This document shows positions 61,712 to 64,000 of a DNA stretch of 64,000 bases, piece by piece (within the stretch, counting starts at the first letter, position 1; each line of letters starts with the position of its first letter). The translations under genes and the position numbers were made by a program. The stretch lies in assembly GCF_018977255.1 (NCBI RefSeq), contig NW_024704743.1:29576001-29640000 (forward strand). Reading direction: 5' to 3'. Under the pieces are notes generated by a model. It was given only the letters and a program-made list of their open reading frames with translations, was not told the origin of the DNA and did no database searches. The DNA is from Callorhinchus milii (Eukaryota).

Positions 61712-64000
61712 AAAAAAANGGATATACAAGAAAGACTAAAATGAATAAAGAGCTAGGAGTCCAGAAGTAAGAGAAAGATCATCTATTAGAAAAGAAAAAT
61801 ACTAATATTTATAGAGCAGATTTATTGGTTAAGTTTTGATCTATAGCTGGGGAATCTCACCTTATGTTTTCCAGCTTTAAAAATCCAACCATAAATCCTG
61901 CTAAACGTTGATTCCCTCCTTCCTGAATTGTGACAGACTTCTGAAAAATAAAGGTTATTTCTCACCGTTCATGAAATCTGAAGAGTATTGTATTACATTA
62001 CAAAAGACCACAAAAAAATGTGGTTATCACAGTTTACCCCTTTATGTTGCTTGCTTCAACATAACTTTTAACTTTAATCCACACCTGCAATGTGTATGAA
62101 TAGTTTTCAAATTCAACCTTGGATAGTAAATACTATTTACAAAGAGAACTCAATACTCTTCACTTCATTGAACAGCTAATTCTTCATAAATTATGAAAAA
62201 ATCACAAGATGCAATCTCTAATCAACAGTTAAAGATATTGATCCGTGCTAGTTGCTCTCAAAGCAAGCTATTTTCTGATAAAACCAAGATATTAAATTAC
62301 AATTTGCCTACAGATGTAAATATTGCAGTAAAAAAATACTTTGAAGCACTTTGAGACAACATAGTTAGGCATTTTATCAAATGCAAGGATTATTATTTTA
62401 ATATTAGACTAGCCTTTTGTGAACATAACTTGCTTCTCAGCTGGGACTCTGGATCCCTACTACGAATAAATGGGAACTTTTATAAAAGAGAGAAACATGT
62501 TAAGTTAATATTCTACACAGTATGTATTCTGTAAAATAACAGATACCATGGTTTATGTTGTCTTCTGAACTAAAAGATTGGGTTTCAGCCTATAACTCAT
62601 TCCCACGTTATTTTATATACGACAAACGTACGTAAAACTAGCAGTGCAGAAAATTCTTAGTTGTCATAGAAATAAATTCCACAGAATGACTTTTGACCCA
62701 CTTTGAAGACTCAGCTTTATGTAAGAAAAAAAGCCTTTTAAACCAAGGACAAAAGTTCCAAAAAGTCAAATAAATTCAGGGATTCTTACCGTGAATATTA
62801 AAAACAAATAAATATTGGAAAAATACTGCTCCATTTTGCTGGTGCCTTAGGATTTCTCTCCAAATTCCTGCTCAAAATGCAGATTTATTGCAGCACTTAA
62901 GCCTGGGGTGCACATCTAATATGGAATGATCAGTGCAGAAATACAGTGGTATCAACTCCTGATTGTAACATGAGACATGCCACAATTCAACCTCTCTCCT
63001 CGCCTTCTGAAGCTTTTAAATAGAGCACGCATTGCAGAATTTGAAGTTTCTACTTAAAAAACTTGCATTTTTATAGTGCCTTATCACTTTGAAATATGCT
63101 TCATGGGTAATTTTCTCAAGTGCACTGATTGAATTCATTTGGATCAGCCCAGTCCCAGAAACTGCCATGGTTAACTGATCAATTTATCTGGAGACTTGCT
63201 GGCAAAGAGTGGGAGCAATCATTCTCTTACTGAATGGTGTCATGGAATCTAAAGCATCAACCTGAGCATGCAGGCAGGATTTCAGTTTAACATCCCAATC
63301 GAGTGGTTGATTTGCAATCCCTGAAGTGGAGACTGTGTTTCAAAAAACTCACTGAGAACAGCTGTTAAGAACAGATAAATCCTTAACAGCTGTTTTGGGT
63401 GGATTTTTCCCAGAACAATGGATAAACTGGGAGGCAGGTATTAACCTGGGACATCTAAGAAATGGTAGAGACAACCCTAACTAAAAAAAACAATTGAATT
63501 TCTTTGATAACTACCTTTCTTTATTTCACCCTGACCATCACTATTTAAAAGACAATTACACAATAATGTGGAATCTGTTGAAGAATGACTTTCTCTCCAA
63601 AGTTAATCTCAGGACAATTCAATTCCATTTATGTTTCTCCAGGTTTCAAATAAAAAGCAAAAAAAACATAATGCTCTTATTTATTAAAATAGTATTTCTT
63701 TAAAAAAATCCAAATATCAAAATTAACAAAGCAATATTCACAATCTGTTGAGTAAAACATAAGTGAGGAGAAATTCCACCTGGATCTACATTTACTCTCA
63801 GTGGCAGTTTTAGAACGTGCACCATTTGACAAATTATTGCATTGTTTTAATTTTGAGGTTGCTTTTCTATAGTTCTTGACAGAATGTACCAATCTTATGA
63901 GGTCTCAGACCTTATGCACATAACTCTATTTGAATTTAGCTACTGGCAATCCTGGTTTAGCACTGAAAAACGAATTCATTTTATTTAATGATACTATAGT

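Noticed and set aside
61712..61720. A-run with an N at 61719 right after a TIR end
   Set aside because: Assembly ambiguity; the junction cannot be interpreted.
1..64000. Prokaryotic-type systems (operons, CRISPR, defence islands) or endogenous viral genes
   Set aside because: The window is repeat-rich vertebrate DNA, and the only identifiable proteins are non-LTR retrotransposon endonuclease/RT remnants.

Overview
This is vertebrate genomic DNA with no recognisable host protein-coding exon. The repeat repertoire looks like a cartilaginous fish, possibly a holocephalan such as Callorhinchus (inferred from repeat types, not from a search). The window is intronic or intergenic and dense with retroelements. 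It holds two near-full-length decayed L2-clade LINEs (38407-41596 minus; 54192-56950 plus), many L2 3' fragments and CR1-clade 3' fragments with (ATTCTATG)n tails. There is a tRNA-Ala-headed SINE family in a long (older) and a short (younger) form, Deu-domain SINEs and another old SINE-like family. Non-autonomous DNA-transposon relics include a Tigger-like MITE, a hAT-like MITE, a long-TIR family and a foldback family. Nearly all ORFs in the track are repeat-derived or chance. The best-supported system is an L2 LINE plus two SINE families sharing a 3' stem-loop with a visible compensatory base-pair change; one SINE appears to be a chimera that captured the 3' half of the other. I found no evidence of a novel gene-based system.
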